DNA of 62,659 nt, the filler included, from Corallochytrium limacisporum Hawaii (Eukaryota > Protista > Pluriformea): assembly GCA_002811645.1 (NCBI GenBank). It is 4 parts of 4 records of this genome, joined end to end, with 100 filler letters (N's around TTAATTAATTAA, not from the genome) between each part and the next. Parts side by side here need not be neighbours in the genome. Positions count along the whole stretch, not along the records: positions 31,525 to 50,729 come from PDIP01000057.1; positions 50,830 to 59,678 come from PDIP01000194.1; 2 more parts are not named here. One strand, 5' to 3'. The translations under genes and the position numbers were made by a program. The stretch's first letter is position 1, and each line of letters opens with the position of its first letter. Below the pieces are notes generated by a model that was not told where the DNA came from, made no database searches, and worked only from the letters and a program-made list of their open reading frames with translations. Positions 45,699-56,849 of this stretch are shown here, in pieces.

Positions 45699-48600
45699 AT
45701 GGAAACTGAGATCGAGAAGGGCACGGTGCAGGCCGTCCCTGCTGTAGAGCAGCAGGGGCAGCCAACGCGCCTAATCATTACGCAGATGGTCTTGGAAAAT
45801 TTCAAAAGCTATGCGGGCGAGCGTATTCTGGGGCCTTTCCACAGCAATTTTTCCACTATCGTGGGACCTAATGGCAGTGGCAAATCCAACGTCATTGACG
45901 CCATGTTGTTTGTGTTTGGTTTCAGAGCCTCAAAGATGCGCCAGAGCAAGGTTAGTGAACTGATTCACAACTCTCAGAAGCATCCAACCCTGTCGTACTG
46001 CCAGGTCAATGTACACTTCACGGAGGTATGGGACTTGCCCAACGAAGCCACCGGAGATCCTTTCACGGAGGTTCCTGACTCTTCCTTCATCGTGACCCGT
46101 CGAGCCCACAAGGACAATTCCAGCTCATACGCTGTGAATGGTAAGAAGAAGACGTACGGTCAGGTGCAGGATCTGTTGCAGTCCAAAGGAATTGACTTGA
46201 CTCACAATCGGTTCCTGATCCTGCAGGGTGAGGTTGAGGCAATCGCTATGATGAAACCCAAGGCTGAGGACCCCAACGGTAGTGGGGGTCTTTTGGAATA
46301 CCTGGAAGATATTATAGGAACTGCTGAAATGAAGCAGCCCATCGAGGATGCCGCGAAACAGATCGATGTTTTGAATGAGGACAGGGCCGAGAAGATGCGC
46401 AAAGTGAACGTGATTGCTGGCCAAAAGGACGACCTGGAAGAGACAAAGAACGCTGCCTTAACCTATTTTAGTGCCGTCAATGCACATGCACGCCAGGCCA
46501 ACCGTTTCTTTCAGTACAAACAGTGGAATCTACAGAATTCTCGTGCCAACAAGGTCGAGAAGAACGTTGAACTCGAGAAAAAGCTTGCGGTCGAGGTAGA
46601 GAAGACCAAGGCTCTGCGTGAGGACATGGAGGCCAAGCAAGTCGAGCTGCAGAAGCTTGCCAAGGACGCCAAGGAAGCTGATAAGGCCCAGAGGGCAGCC
46701 AACGATAAGTTCCACAAGCTTTCTCTGGAGCACACCGGTCTGGAGACTGAGCTGAAGTGTCTGAAGAAAAAGGGCAAAAAGATTGAGCGCGATGCCATGG
46801 AGGGTGAGATGAAGATGAAGGAAATAGAAGAGTCGCTGAGCCACCAGCAGGCTGATCTTGACACGGCCACAGCTGAGTACAACAAGCTGAACGAGCAGTT
46901 GCAGGTCGAGAGCGATGCTCTGGACTCCATGTACGATGAACTTCGTGGCACCACGGACCAGCTGCAAAAAGAGCTCGAAGCAAAGCAGAAGGATCTTTTG
47001 CCTTTCAGCACCAAGTCCACTGCACTGAAGCAACAGCGAGAGCAGCTGCAGAGCCAGGTTGATGACATTCGCAGTGTTACCGAATCGGCCGCTGACAAGA
47101 TGACCGAACTGAAGGGGACCCAGGAGGAGCTTCAGAGCGGCATCCAGGAGTTTGATGCGGACCTTGCACAGATCGCCAAGGAGTTGGAGACACAGGATGC
47201 AGCCAAGGCCGACCTGGAGAAGGACCTGGCTGAAACTGAGGCACTTCGTGACGAGCTGGTCGGTAAAATGCGCACTGCCCGAGACAGCCTCGAGGCGTCC
47301 AAGGTTAAGGAGCAAGCAGGTGGTGCCCGCAGTGGTGTTGTGCAGGCACTTCTTGAAATGCAAAAGCGCAAGAAGCTCTCTGGCATTCACGGCCGCCTGG
47401 GAGACCTCGGGTCCATCGATGATGCCTACGATGTTGCTGTCACCACGGCGTGTGGTCATCTGAACAGTGTGGTTGTGGAAACAACTGCTGAGGCTCAGCG
47501 GGCTGTCGAGTACTTGAAGAAGTCGGGTGCTGGTCGTGCCACATTCATCATCATGCAACAGATTGCCGGTAAGGTTGGACAGAGTGTGGACAAACCCTTC
47601 CAGGCCCCCGCGGGCTCTGAACGTCTGTTTGATCTCGTGCGACCGGCCGACGCCAAGTACCGCACCGCGTTCTATTTCGCCCTACGTAACACTCTGGTTG
47701 CCAAGGATTTGGACACTGCCACTGCGGTGAGCAAAGGCAGCAATAATACGCGCCATCGTGTGGTGACACTGATGGGCGAGGTGATTGAAACGTCCGGTAC
47801 CATGAGCGGTGGTGGTGCCAAGCCCCGCAGTGGTGGCATGAGTTCCGCGGCCGCGAAGGCGCCGTCCACCGATGACGATGGTCAGTCAACGGAAGAACTC
47901 CAGACACTCTGCCAGGAACTGCAGGGACAGCTCACCCTGGCCAAGTCCGAACTGCAGCGCATAAAGAGCGAGTTGGTTGATGCGACCAAAACCACCAAGC
48001 AGCTCACCAAGCGACAGGCATCCATGAAGGCCAACCGTGACTCTTTGGCCGTTCGTCTGCAGTCTGTCACAGAAAAACTTGCAGAGATTGAGGCTGACTC
48101 CAAGCTCAGTACCACAGATGAGGGCAAGATCACAAAGTTGGAAAGTCAGATTGCTGACATTGTCAAGCAGGAGGAGGCCATGAACGCCAGTAAAAAGGAC
48201 CTGGAGGCGGCCATTGAGCAATTGCAGGATGACATTATCCAGGTTGGTGGCTACAAGGTCCGTGTGCAAAAGGGCAAGGTTGACTCCCTTAAGGACAACA
48301 TGGAGCTCATTGAGACCAAAATGGACAAGCTCAAAGCCGCCGTGAAGAGCGGTCAACACCAGAAGACCAAGACCGAGAAGTCCATGGCCGGCACGCAGGA
48401 GCAGCTTCTGACCATGAAGGAAGACTACGTCAAACTCAAGGAGGCTATTGCCGAACTGGAGGAGACGGCCGTTGGTGTAAAGCAGACCCTGGACGAAGCC
48501 ACAGAGCATGTGGAAGCGCTGAAGCTGCAGCACGCCAATCTGGCCAACGCCATCGAGGAAGCCGAACGCGAGCTGAGTGCGTTCCAGTCCGAAGAGTTCC

Positions 48601-49505
48601 GCATCTCTGCCGAAATCAAGGTCCTGCGCGAGGACCTGGAAGAGATTGACGAGGCCCTTGCTTCACTGGCCCATGGCCTGGATGGTCTCAAACTGGAATT
48701 GTTCGATGGTGAAGTCATCGGCGAGGAGCGCGACACGGACGCTGATGCCGACGACGGTGACGAGGACAACATGCATGTGGACCAGCCCGGTGAGTTTGAA
48801 GGGCTTGAGCTGCAGACTTACTCTGAGGACCAGCTCGAAGCAATGGACGGCGAGCGAGTCGTTAACGCGTACAAGCACTCTGTCAAGGCCCTGGAGGAGG
48901 CCCCCATCAAGGACATTGGTGCCCTGGAGGAGTACCAGGCCAAGGAAGATGAGTATTTGGCAGCCGTCGGAGAATTGGAGGCTGTGACCGCGCAACGTGA
49001 CGGCCAGCGCCAGGCCTACGAAAATCTGCGCAAGGACCGTATGGACATGTTCATGGTGGGCTTCGGCATCATTAAAATGAAGCTGAAGGAAATGTACCAG
49101 ATGATCACGCTGGGCGGTGACGCCGAGCTCGAGCTGGTCGATTCGCTCGATCCCTTCACTGAAGGTGTTGAGTTTGCTGTGCGTCCACCCCGCAAGACCT
49201 GGAAGAAGATCCGCAATCTTTCTGGTGGAGAGAAGACCCTAAGTTCACTCGCCCTGGTCTTTGCACTGCATCACTACAAGCCCACACCTCTGTACGTCAT
49301 GGATGAGATTGACGCTGCTCTGGATTTCAAGAACGTCAGCATTGTGGCCAACTACATCAAGGAGCGCACAAAGAATGCCCAGTTCATTATAATCTCTCTC
49401 CGCAACAATATGTTTGAGCTAGCGGACCGTTTGGTGGGCATTTACAAAACCGAGGACTGTACCAAGACTGTGACGGTGGAGCCGAACTTGGTCTCCGCGG
49501 CCTAG
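45699..49505 (+). CDS. SMC4: Condensin subunit SMC4
   Basis: ENFKSYAG, Walker A GPNGSGKSNVIDAMLFVFGFRA, hinge GRLGDLG, LSGGEKTLSSLAL, DEIDAALDFKNVSIV. Confidence 0.98.
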   Translation: METEIEKGTVQAVPAVEQQGQPTRLIITQMVLENFKSYAGERILGPFHSNFSTIVGPNGSGKSNVIDAMLFVFGFRASKMRQSKVSELIHNSQKHPTLSYCQVNVHFTEVWDLPNEATGDPFTEVPDSSFIVTRRAHKDNSSSYAVNGKKKTYGQVQDLLQSKGIDLTHNRFLILQGEVEAIAMMKPKAEDPNGSGGLLEYLEDIIGTAEMKQPIEDAAKQIDVLNEDRAEKMRKVNVIAGQKDDLEETKNAALTYFSAVNAHARQANRFFQYKQWNLQNSRANKVEKNVELEKKLAVEVEKTKALREDMEAKQVELQKLAKDAKEADKAQRAANDKFHKLSLEHTGLETELKCLKKKGKKIERDAMEGEMKMKEIEESLSHQQADLDTATAEYNKLNEQLQVESDALDSMYDELRGTTDQLQKELEAKQKDLLPFSTKSTALKQQREQLQSQVDDIRSVTESAADKMTELKGTQEELQSGIQEFDADLAQIAKELETQDAAKADLEKDLAETEALRDELVGKMRTARDSLEASKVKEQAGGARSGVVQALLEMQKRKKLSGIHGRLGDLGSIDDAYDVAVTTACGHLNSVVVETTAEAQRAVEYLKKSGAGRATFIIMQQIAGKVGQSVDKPFQAPAGSERLFDLVRPADAKYRTAFYFALRNTLVAKDLDTATAVSKGSNNTRHRVVTLMGEVIETSGTMSGGGAKPRSGGMSSAAAKAPSTDDDGQSTEELQTLCQELQGQLTLAKSELQRIKSELVDATKTTKQLTKRQASMKANRDSLAVRLQSVTEKLAEIEADSKLSTTDEGKITKLESQIADIVKQEEAMNASKKDLEAAIEQLQDDIIQVGGYKVRVQKGKVDSLKDNMELIETKMDKLKAAVKSGQHQKTKTEKSMAGTQEQLLTMKEDYVKLKEAIAELEETAVGVKQTLDEATEHVEALKLQHANLANAIEEAERELSAFQSEEFRISAEIKVLREDLEEIDEALASLAHGLDGLKLELFDGEVIGEERDTDADADDGDEDNMHVDQPGEFEGLELQTYSEDQLEAMDGERVVNAYKHSVKALEEAPIKDIGALEEYQAKEDEYLAAVGELEAVTAQRDGQRQAYENLRKDRMDMFMVGFGIIKMKLKEMYQMITLGGDAELELVDSLDPFTEGVEFAVRPPRKTWKKIRNLSGGEKTLSSLALVFALHHYKPTPLYVMDEIDAALDFKNVSIVANYIKERTKNAQFIIISLRNNMFELADRLVGIYKTEDCTKTVTVEPNLVSAA

Positions 49506-49668
49506 CCTGGGGCACCGGGAAACTCGGCAACCAAAAAAAAACTGACGATCACATCATTCGCCATGCCTTAGGCATGCACAATACGAATATCTATATTATT
49601 GTAACCATTCCTTTTCTTCTGGGTATTTCATAGTGAAATGGAGTGCCTTGCTAACGCTCTGCGTCTTC

Positions 49669-50355
49669 TCAGCCTGCCTTGTCGTACATGTCCATGACAT
49701 TCTGATTCTCCAGTGCCTTGGTAATGTCCCACAGCGAGAGTCCTTTCGTCGAATTTGGCGCGTTGGCAGGCTCAAACTCCGCCCTGCGGAGCAGATGCCG
49801 CTCGACGCCACGCATTCGCAGTGTATTATCCCAAGTGTCATGGCTGTGGCCGAAGATGTGGCACATGCCGTGAGCAATACAAGCGTAGGTGTAGGTCAAT
49901 GGATCCACACTACATTTGTCGCTGCGACGAATCAGCTCTTGTTCGCAGAGGATTAGTTCTCCGAGGTCAATGTTATCCCCCATAGGATGGCCGTCGCCAT
50001 CCGTATCCATCTTTGGTAGGGTGTTGACCGTTTCCGGGGCGTCGTCACTGGGAAATGTTAAAATATCAGTCGGTTCGTGGGCATCGCGGTAGCTTATGTT
50101 GAGATCTCGGACTTCTGCCGGGGACTCTGCCGCAATGTTGAGGATCCAGGGGTACTGCAGGGAAGGCATACTCTTTGCAGGGTCTGTGGTGCCCAGACGA
50201 TGTGCACGGGCGGCCTGCGCCACGTGTGTAACGATTGCGGCCCGAAACATACGGTTGACACATTCCTCAGATCCAGACATATGGGTGAGGAAGTCACTGT
50301 GCAGGACTACCCGCGAGTCTTTGACAAGACCGCGCAATGCTTGCCTGAGCGCCAT
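49669..50355 (-). CDS. YBEY: Endoribonuclease YbeY (mitochondrial rRNA maturation)
   Basis: LN..YR....PTDILTFP, LGELILC, metal motif HGMCHIFGHSH. ATG at 50355. Confidence 0.87.
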   Translation of the reverse strand: MALRQALRGLVKDSRVVLHSDFLTHMSGSEECVNRMFRAAIVTHVAQAARAHRLGTTDPAKSMPSLQYPWILNIAAESPAEVRDLNISYRDAHEPTDILTFPSDDAPETVNTLPKMDTDGDGHPMGDNIDLGELILCEQELIRRSDKCSVDPLTYTYACIAHGMCHIFGHSHDTWDNTLRMRGVERHLLRRAEFEPANAPNSTKGLSLWDITKALENQNVMDMYDKAG

Positions 50356-50729
50356 CGTGTTTGTGTGAATGCACTTTCTCAGTGATTGGTCCAAGTATTT
50401 TTGGGGAGAATGAAGCCCCTAGGAATGTCTCCTTGGGTCAGATGGACATCCCGTTCATTTCTTTTTGTGAAGGGCCAGCCTCTACGTATGGTGCCACCAC
50501 ACTGCCGGCAGAGCACTTGGCTTCCCCAGTGTTGAATACCAAGAACACCACCGTGTCGATCTCATTCAGCACAAAAAAAGAAAACCTTAAGCAGCGACAA
50601 TAAACCCAAAGTGTCTTTCACATGCAAGCAAGTTTCTGTGGCCATCATCACCACGCACCGCAACAAACTGGGGCGGTGGTGGGAAACAAAGGGCGTCGAT
50701 CCCATCCCCTCCCCCAAAGCCCCCCCCCA

Positions 50730-50829
50730 NNNNNNNNNNNNNNNNNNNNNNNNNNNNNNNNNNNNNNNNNNNNTTAATTAATTAANNNNNNNNNNNNNNN
50801 NNNNNNNNNNNNNNNNNNNNNNNNNNNNN
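50730..50829. other. Artificial contig spacer
   Basis: 44N-TTAATTAATTAA-44N. Confidence 0.98.
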
Positions 50830-51499
50830 CCCCCCCGGGGGGCCCCGGGGGGGGGGGGAAGACCAGCGGAAAGGGGCTTGCGTCACACACCGGTATGAAG
50901 CTGTGGACGGGAGGGGGAAAGGGACGGCTTGCATGCCGCTGACTCTCACCTTCTCTAGTCCCCGAGTTGTTTACCTGTACCTGTGACTAGCTTCTGGTCC
51001 GTTTCTGTCCATGACCAGTTGAGAGATGGTACGGATCCGGAGTCGAATCAGCACTACCGATACAAAGGAAGGGCACAGGCTCCTTCGAATTTTAGATCAG
51101 TCGGAGCATGCATTCCGTCCTAACTGGAGTGGAGCCACCGGCATTCGTACCAATACCAAATCAGTAGGGGGTCCGGCAAATTGAGTTCTATGCATGCTCA
51201 TTAGAAGTTTAAGGATGTTGATGGATAGTTCTTGAATGTGTCATGTGTTCGTTTCCGGTTGGCATTTGTGTATAAGTCTTTCAGAGCGATCTGCATTTCT
51301 CTTCTTGATGTCGCATTTCATATGTCGTTTTGCGTTTAGCATAGCGCAAGATAGTGGTGGTGTATGATGTGAACCGTGGAAGTGAACAAGAGCGGCTGGG
51401 CATTCTAACGCGAGAGAGACGTTGAGGGAACGACGAGGATTGCAGACTTCATTCCCTGCAGGGGTGGAGGCGGGAGAAGGGGGGAAGGGGAAAAGGGCG

Positions 51500-51519
51500 C
51501 CCCCCCCCCCGGGGGGGGG
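51500..51519. promoter_or_regulatory. C11G9 element upstream of the FAS1 gene
   Basis: About 440 bp upstream of ATG 51961. Function is inferred. Confidence 0.5.
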
Positions 51520-51960
51520 AGGGTGGAGTTGACACTGTGGCTCCGACGGGGGGAAAGGGGGAACGCCAGATGACTTCTCTCCTTCACGAAGGTTGTAATG
51601 TTCTGTCGAGATCGACATTGTTCCTCCTGATACTTTACCTTTTATCGGGACAGACCATGTTTAGGACGGACCATTCTAGCCTTTGTTGATCGAGATGTCA
51701 TGTCGGAACAAGGCGACATTGAACCAGAATGTTGGGCAAAGGATTGGGATGTTCTTAGAGGCTGTCCAAAACCCGTAGTACAGTTGTGTCATATCAACTG
51801 ATTTCATTTCCTAGCCAAGTGGATTTCTTCAGCTTTAGTTTTGTTTTGAACCAGCCGGGTACTTAAAGGCAAGATCCATGGACACTCCACGAGGTAACCG
51901 TGATTATGCAATTCGTTGTTCTACTCGACAGGCAGCTTTCATCAAGACAAACTAGCAAAA

Positions 51961-52884
51961 ATGTTGGTGTTCACTTTCGTTTCCTTCGCAGTGGCCGGCT
52001 GGGCTACTGTCGCCCAGGGGCAAGACCTATTGACAAAGCTTGCCAGTATTCCTGATTGCGCCGTTGTTGCTGAGGTCGCCGCCAGCAATCCTGTTATCGT
52101 TGGCGCTGCTGCGGATCTTGAAGAGGGCACTATTGTGTGCCCCTCGGCGGCCGCCATTGAGGCAGCCGGTGGACGTGGGGTATTAGACACTCCTACTGTG
52201 GCCCATCATGTTGCTGGCTCTACCTTCAGAGCCGAAGACCTCATCGCCACCTCTCCTGGCTCTGCTGCCGGTGTTTTGGGCTACCCATGGAATTATGACT
52301 CGCCGGATGGCCAAAGCGTTATCCTCAATGGATGCAATGTTACCAACGCGAACAATGAAGCTGATAATGGTATCATCCATGTCATCGACTGCGTACTTGG
52401 ACTTACTGACGACCCTGATTTCGAAAGCGATGGCGGCGATGGCGGTGATGGCGGCGATGGCGGTGATGGCGGTGATGGCGGTGATGGCGGTGATGGCGGT
52501 GATGGCGGTGATGGCGGTGATGGCGGTGATGGGGGTGATGGCGGTGATGGCGGTGATGGCGGTGATGGCGGTGATGGCGGTGATGGCGGCGATGGCGGCG
52601 ATGGCGGCGATGGCGGCGATGGCGGCGATGACGTCTTGACAACCCCTTCCATGGGTGAAGATGAGCCTGAAATTGACGACGGCAACGATGAAGAAGGTAC
52701 TGAAGCGGACGAGGTAGGTGCTGGTGCTGCCAGTGCCGCATCCACTGGAGGCTCTATCAGCGCTGGCGCTGCCGTCGGAATTGCCGCTGCCGGTGTTGCT
52801 GTCGTTGCCGCTGCTGGCTTCACAGCTTACAAGGTTCGCGCACGCAAGGCTACCGATGCTGAGTCCGTTAACATGGAAGCCTAA
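51961..52884 (+). CDS. Type I membrane protein: signal peptide, fasciclin (FAS1) domain, (DGG)22 linker, TM helix
   Basis: Signal MLVFTFVSFAVAGWATVAQG. FAS1 H1-like TIVCPS..AI and H2 ADNGIIHVIDCVL. TM GAAVGIAAAGVAVVAAAGFTAY followed by basic KVRARK. Confidence 0.87.
   Translation: MLVFTFVSFAVAGWATVAQGQDLLTKLASIPDCAVVAEVAASNPVIVGAAADLEEGTIVCPSAAAIEAAGGRGVLDTPTVAHHVAGSTFRAEDLIATSPGSAAGVLGYPWNYDSPDGQSVILNGCNVTNANNEADNGIIHVIDCVLGLTDDPDFESDGGDGGDGGDGGDGGDGGDGGDGGDGGDGGDGGDGGDGGDGGDGGDGGDGGDGGDGGDGGDGGDGGDDVLTTPSMGEDEPEIDDGNDEEGTEADEVGAGAASAASTGGSISAGAAVGIAAAGVAVVAAAGFTAYKVRARKATDAESVNMEA
52429..52626 (+). repeat. 9-bp coding minisatellite GATGGCGGY x22
   Basis: 198 bp encoding DGG x22. Confidence 0.95.
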
Positions 52885-53062
52885 TTTCAAGATCTGTCAA
52901 CATCAGAGTTCTTTTAATTAAATATCCCTTCATGGTACAATTTACACATACATTTAACAGATACAATATGTGTCCTTTCGGAAAGTGACATAATTGCCAC
53001 TTCAGAATGACAAGCTGTGAGGAAACTACTAAAGTGAGGGATCCATAGACATGCCAGACATC

Positions 53063-54064
53063 CTATGCTTCGATCGCTGCGGCATTCTTTTTGACAATAG
53101 CTTCCGCTTCAGCAATGACATTGTCAATTAGCTCCTGACAGGTGGGGTTATCGTTAATCATGCCGATTACGGGACCTGCAGACCAGATACCATAATCGAC
53201 ATCACCGCGCTTTTCCCCCTCACGGCCACGGGCACCACTGACCAACGGCTGAAGATCGGTGAAATCAGTGGGACCAGGTTTAGCCTCAATGGCTACAACC
53301 TCCTCTGCAACTTTGTTCTTGTAAACACGAGCCGTGTTGCGCAGGGTGCGGAAGATGAGAGATGTGTTCAGCTCGCTACCATCAATGCAGGCCTGTTTGA
53401 AAGTGTCTGGCCAAGGAGATTCTTTGGTGACAGCAAATCGTGTTCCCATGTTAATTCCCACCGCCCCCATACTCAGAGCTGCAGCCAAACCCTTGCCATT
53501 GCCAATACCACCGGACAGGATAAAGGGTACCTCCAGTCTTTCAGCCGCAATGGGGGCGAGGATCATGTTTGGCATGTCGTCTTCTCCTGGATGTCCAGCA
53601 CACTCAAAACCATCTAAAGAAATGATGTCCACACCAAGCTTTTGGGCACTCAAAGAGTGACGCACAGTGGTGCACTTGTGAATGCAGGTCAGACCAGCCT
53701 GCTTGAACAAAGGGATCCATTTTTTGGGACTGGACCCTGCAGTTTCCACAATCTTTACTCCCATGTCAATTATACCCTTTGCATACTCTTCGTAAGGTGG
53801 AGGATTGATCGTTGGCAAAATTGTGAGGTTGACAGCGAATGGCTTATCAGTCAGTTTGCGGACTTCCTCGATATCCCTTCGCATGTCATCAGGGCTACCA
53901 CTGGTCAGTGCAGTCAGGGTTCCCAAACCGCCTGCGTTGCATACAGCCGCTACAATTTTCGGCACTCCTACACCAGTCATACCACCCATGACAATGGGGT
54001 GCTTGGTGCCAACAATTTTCTGGAAAGCGGTCTTGATCGTCATCTTGATAGCACTCTTTTCCAT
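53063..54064 (-). CDS. Nitronate monooxygenase / 2-nitropropane dioxygenase family flavoprotein
   Basis: HPIVMGGM, NAGGLG, DGFECAGHPGEDD, SGGIGNG, NMGTRF, WSAG. Confidence 0.93.
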   Translation of the reverse strand: MEKSAIKMTIKTAFQKIVGTKHPIVMGGMTGVGVPKIVAAVCNAGGLGTLTALTSGSPDDMRRDIEEVRKLTDKPFAVNLTILPTINPPPYEEYAKGIIDMGVKIVETAGSSPKKWIPLFKQAGLTCIHKCTTVRHSLSAQKLGVDIISLDGFECAGHPGEDDMPNMILAPIAAERLEVPFILSGGIGNGKGLAAALSMGAVGINMGTRFAVTKESPWPDTFKQACIDGSELNTSLIFRTLRNTARVYKNKVAEEVVAIEAKPGPTDFTDLQPLVSGARGREGEKRGDVDYGIWSAGPVIGMINDNPTCQELIDNVIAEAEAIVKKNAAAIEA

Positions 54065-55699
54065 GCGTTCCGGTTCAACATTTTAGAGTCATGGTGATTG
54101 GCCGACCCTTCGGTCTCCCATGCTTCAAATATCTCTCCACACATAAGCATACAGACTCCTGTACTTTGTCACTGGGGCCAAAAACCAAGCAGTCGATGAC
54201 AAAAGGGAGGGTCGCCTTGGCATGATGGGTGAATCAGATGAGTTGTGTGTGCCGAGCCCTCAAAAGAAAGGCACACTCCAGGTACATGTCTAATCCCCGT
54301 CGTACACTACGAACCAACCCGTGAATCCCCCGCCCTGAGGCTACGCCGTTCTCCAAGCAATGGGTATTCCTTCAGGATCCCTGCCGTAACAATCAATCTG
54401 GTGACAACAACTGAACATCCTCCATGGAAAAGCGGATGGGAACGGTCCCCATCAAACTCATGTCGCGCGTGAAGGGCGCAGTCCTTGTATTTAGGCCCAG
54501 TGCCGTGATGCTATTTTTAACCCACCGGGAATCGGAAGGAGCAGCTAGAGAGTCATTTGGGCAGGGAGAAGGCGGGGAAAGGAAAAATAACAGTGACTAA
54601 CACAACGATCACAAGAAGATCTCCATTAAAAGACATACGGGAAGTGTGAAAACGAAAGACTTCAATGGTCGCGAAATCTATGTCAGGTTCTGATCTGCCA
54701 TTTCATAGAGTCCCGTTCCGACCCTGCTGGGGATGTCTCGGGACTGCTGGTGCACGTCCTACGGTTCGATCCTATACCTCATTCCACCTCTCCACTTTAA
54801 GCGCGGTGGGAGGGTTTCTCCCACAGGCGCGTGGTGTCACGGGCCTGCCAGACTGTGGATACTAAAACAAACTGCTTCCCTCCCTCCCGTATGTATACTT
54901 TGCAATCCGAGGAACTCAGATTAAGGTTTCTTCAGACATTAGTGATTGGTTGGCACATCCCAACTGGGCAAACCCACGAACAATTTACCGGCGGGCTTAA
55001 GCTAAGGCAGACAAAGTTGTAAGCATGAGGCCGATGGCCTCCAACGGAATCCCGGACTCTACAATCAAATGGTTTGCTACTTCGTGCATATACCAGAACT
55101 CATCTACCCATCACCTTTGTTGTATAAATACTCTCCGCCAATTTCGGCTTCATGTGTGTATGAGTGTTCAGCAGAGATGCCAATGAATGCCGCGCTAGGA
55201 TTAACCTTCACACACACAAGGGTCTTGGGTGTGCGAATAGTGATGAGATCCCACTTTCAGTGAATCGCTATCTGCGGAGCTCAATTTTCACAATCTTCAC
55301 CGGATGGTATATTCTACCGCACAAGCGCGGGACCTTATCGATCATCAGCTCGCCATGTAACATCATTGGCTCAGTCTCTATGTGTGTACAGGATTGATAA
55401 CATTTGATGCCTGTTCAAGTCTCTTGCGAGAGCTCCAGACCACCCGAGTTGGTACCCGTCCGCGCTCACTCATTCTCGTGGTCGGACCTCGGCTTTCGAA
55501 ACCTCTACGTTCTGCGGCAAACATCTTCTCTTCCTGCCGTTTGTACCGCCGCCAGCAATCGAGCCCCGCATCCGCGCATCCACTGGTTGCGGCTCATTCT
55601 CTCTAATCGCCAAAAATCCCCAAAACCTTTACCTCCTCCCCTTTCTCCTGCGTAGACGGCAAATCACCGTGCTGAGAACATACGAAACTGGTACTTACT

Positions 55700-55733
55700 C
55701 CCCCCACCCCGGGGGGGGGGGGGCGGGGGGGGG
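55700..55733. promoter_or_regulatory. Cn-Gn element upstream of the START gene
   Basis: C6AC4G13CG9, about 500 bp upstream of ATG 56229. Function is inferred. Confidence 0.5.
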
Positions 55734-56228
55734 AAGACGACACTAGTAACACCATCGTCTCCAACATCAAGAACAATTCCAAGCCACTTGTAGAAAGTAT
55801 ATCGACTATGAGGTGGTACCGCGGTCCAAAAGGAAAACAGTCACAATCCACACCACAGAATTAGAGTTTTCAATCTCTGTCATCACTAAGTTGCTCGCGG
55901 GCGCGGTGAAGCCTTGGCCAAGGGGCTCGGCTGCGGTGGAGCAGTTCCATACGCCGTTACAGCCGCGGCATCAGCACTTCGAGCAAGAACAGCAATTCAA
56001 AACAGCTAGGGGCTGGGAGCCAAGGGCCACTTACCACAGACCGCACTGCTGTAGTATAGTAGGTAGGTCACTAACTGCGTAACTCACCTGTTGTGGTATA
56101 TGGGATAGCAACCTATCGGGTTCCTTCGTGACGGGTACTCATAAAGATTCATAGACCACTGTTCACAGCAAATCAACTGTACGAGACGTCAGTACGAAAT
56201 CTACGAGTCATACTAGCCATTACTAGCC

Positions 56229-56849
56229 ATGCCTGCCGATAAATCTGCCATTGACAGTATTGTTGCTAAGTGGTCAAAGTACTACACGGCTGCACTTTCC
56301 GACAGCTGTCAGTTCCGTTGCGAGCGGACTGCAGGTCTCAAAGTCTACTGGGATTCCGAAAACGGTGGGTCCTGGCCTTTCCGGCTGGGGAAGGTGTCCG
56401 TCAACTGCTCAGCTGAGAAGTATGCAGAAGTCCTCTGGAATTACCCTCTCCGAGCTGAATGGGACAGCCTGAACACTGACGCTATTGAGGAGCTTAAGGT
56501 TGAGACCGATACCTCCAAACTTGTCTGGCTCCTGGGTAAGCCTAAGCCTGGCCTCTCTGCTCGTGACTTTGTCTTCCATTCTACTAAGATTCCCCAGGAC
56601 GACGGCTCCTTCCTGTTTGTCCAGACCGATGCTGCTAAGGATCCCGCCAAGCCGGAGGACCAGAGTGTAGCCGTTCGTGGCAATGTTAATACTCTCATGT
56701 ACATTAAACCGGCCGGGGAGAGCAGCTGTGATATCACATACATCATGGAGATCCAGGTAAATGGATGGGTCCCTAATTTCGTTGTTGACGCCGTGATTGA
56801 CGATGTTCCTGAATCTGCTGGTCTGCAGAAGGTCTTCTGCGAGAAGTAA
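56229..56849 (+). CDS. START-domain lipid-binding protein
   Basis: RAEWD, PGLSARDFV, VRG, ITYI..I...GWVPNFVV. Confidence 0.88.
   Translation: MPADKSAIDSIVAKWSKYYTAALSDSCQFRCERTAGLKVYWDSENGGSWPFRLGKVSVNCSAEKYAEVLWNYPLRAEWDSLNTDAIEELKVETDTSKLVWLLGKPKPGLSARDFVFHSTKIPQDDGSFLFVQTDAAKDPAKPEDQSVAVRGNVNTLMYIKPAGESSCDITYIMEIQVNGWVPNFVVDAVIDDVPESAGLQKVFCEK

Noticed and set aside
46530-48533. Long antisense ORFs opposite SMC4 (similar ones opposite Sec23 and TMF1)
   Set aside because: Shadow ORFs expected from strong codon bias on the sense strand.
52183-52890. Antisense and alternate-frame ORFs (poly-AIT, poly-PPS, poly-HHR, poly-MAV)
   Set aside because: By-products of the stop-free 9-bp repeat in the FAS1 gene.
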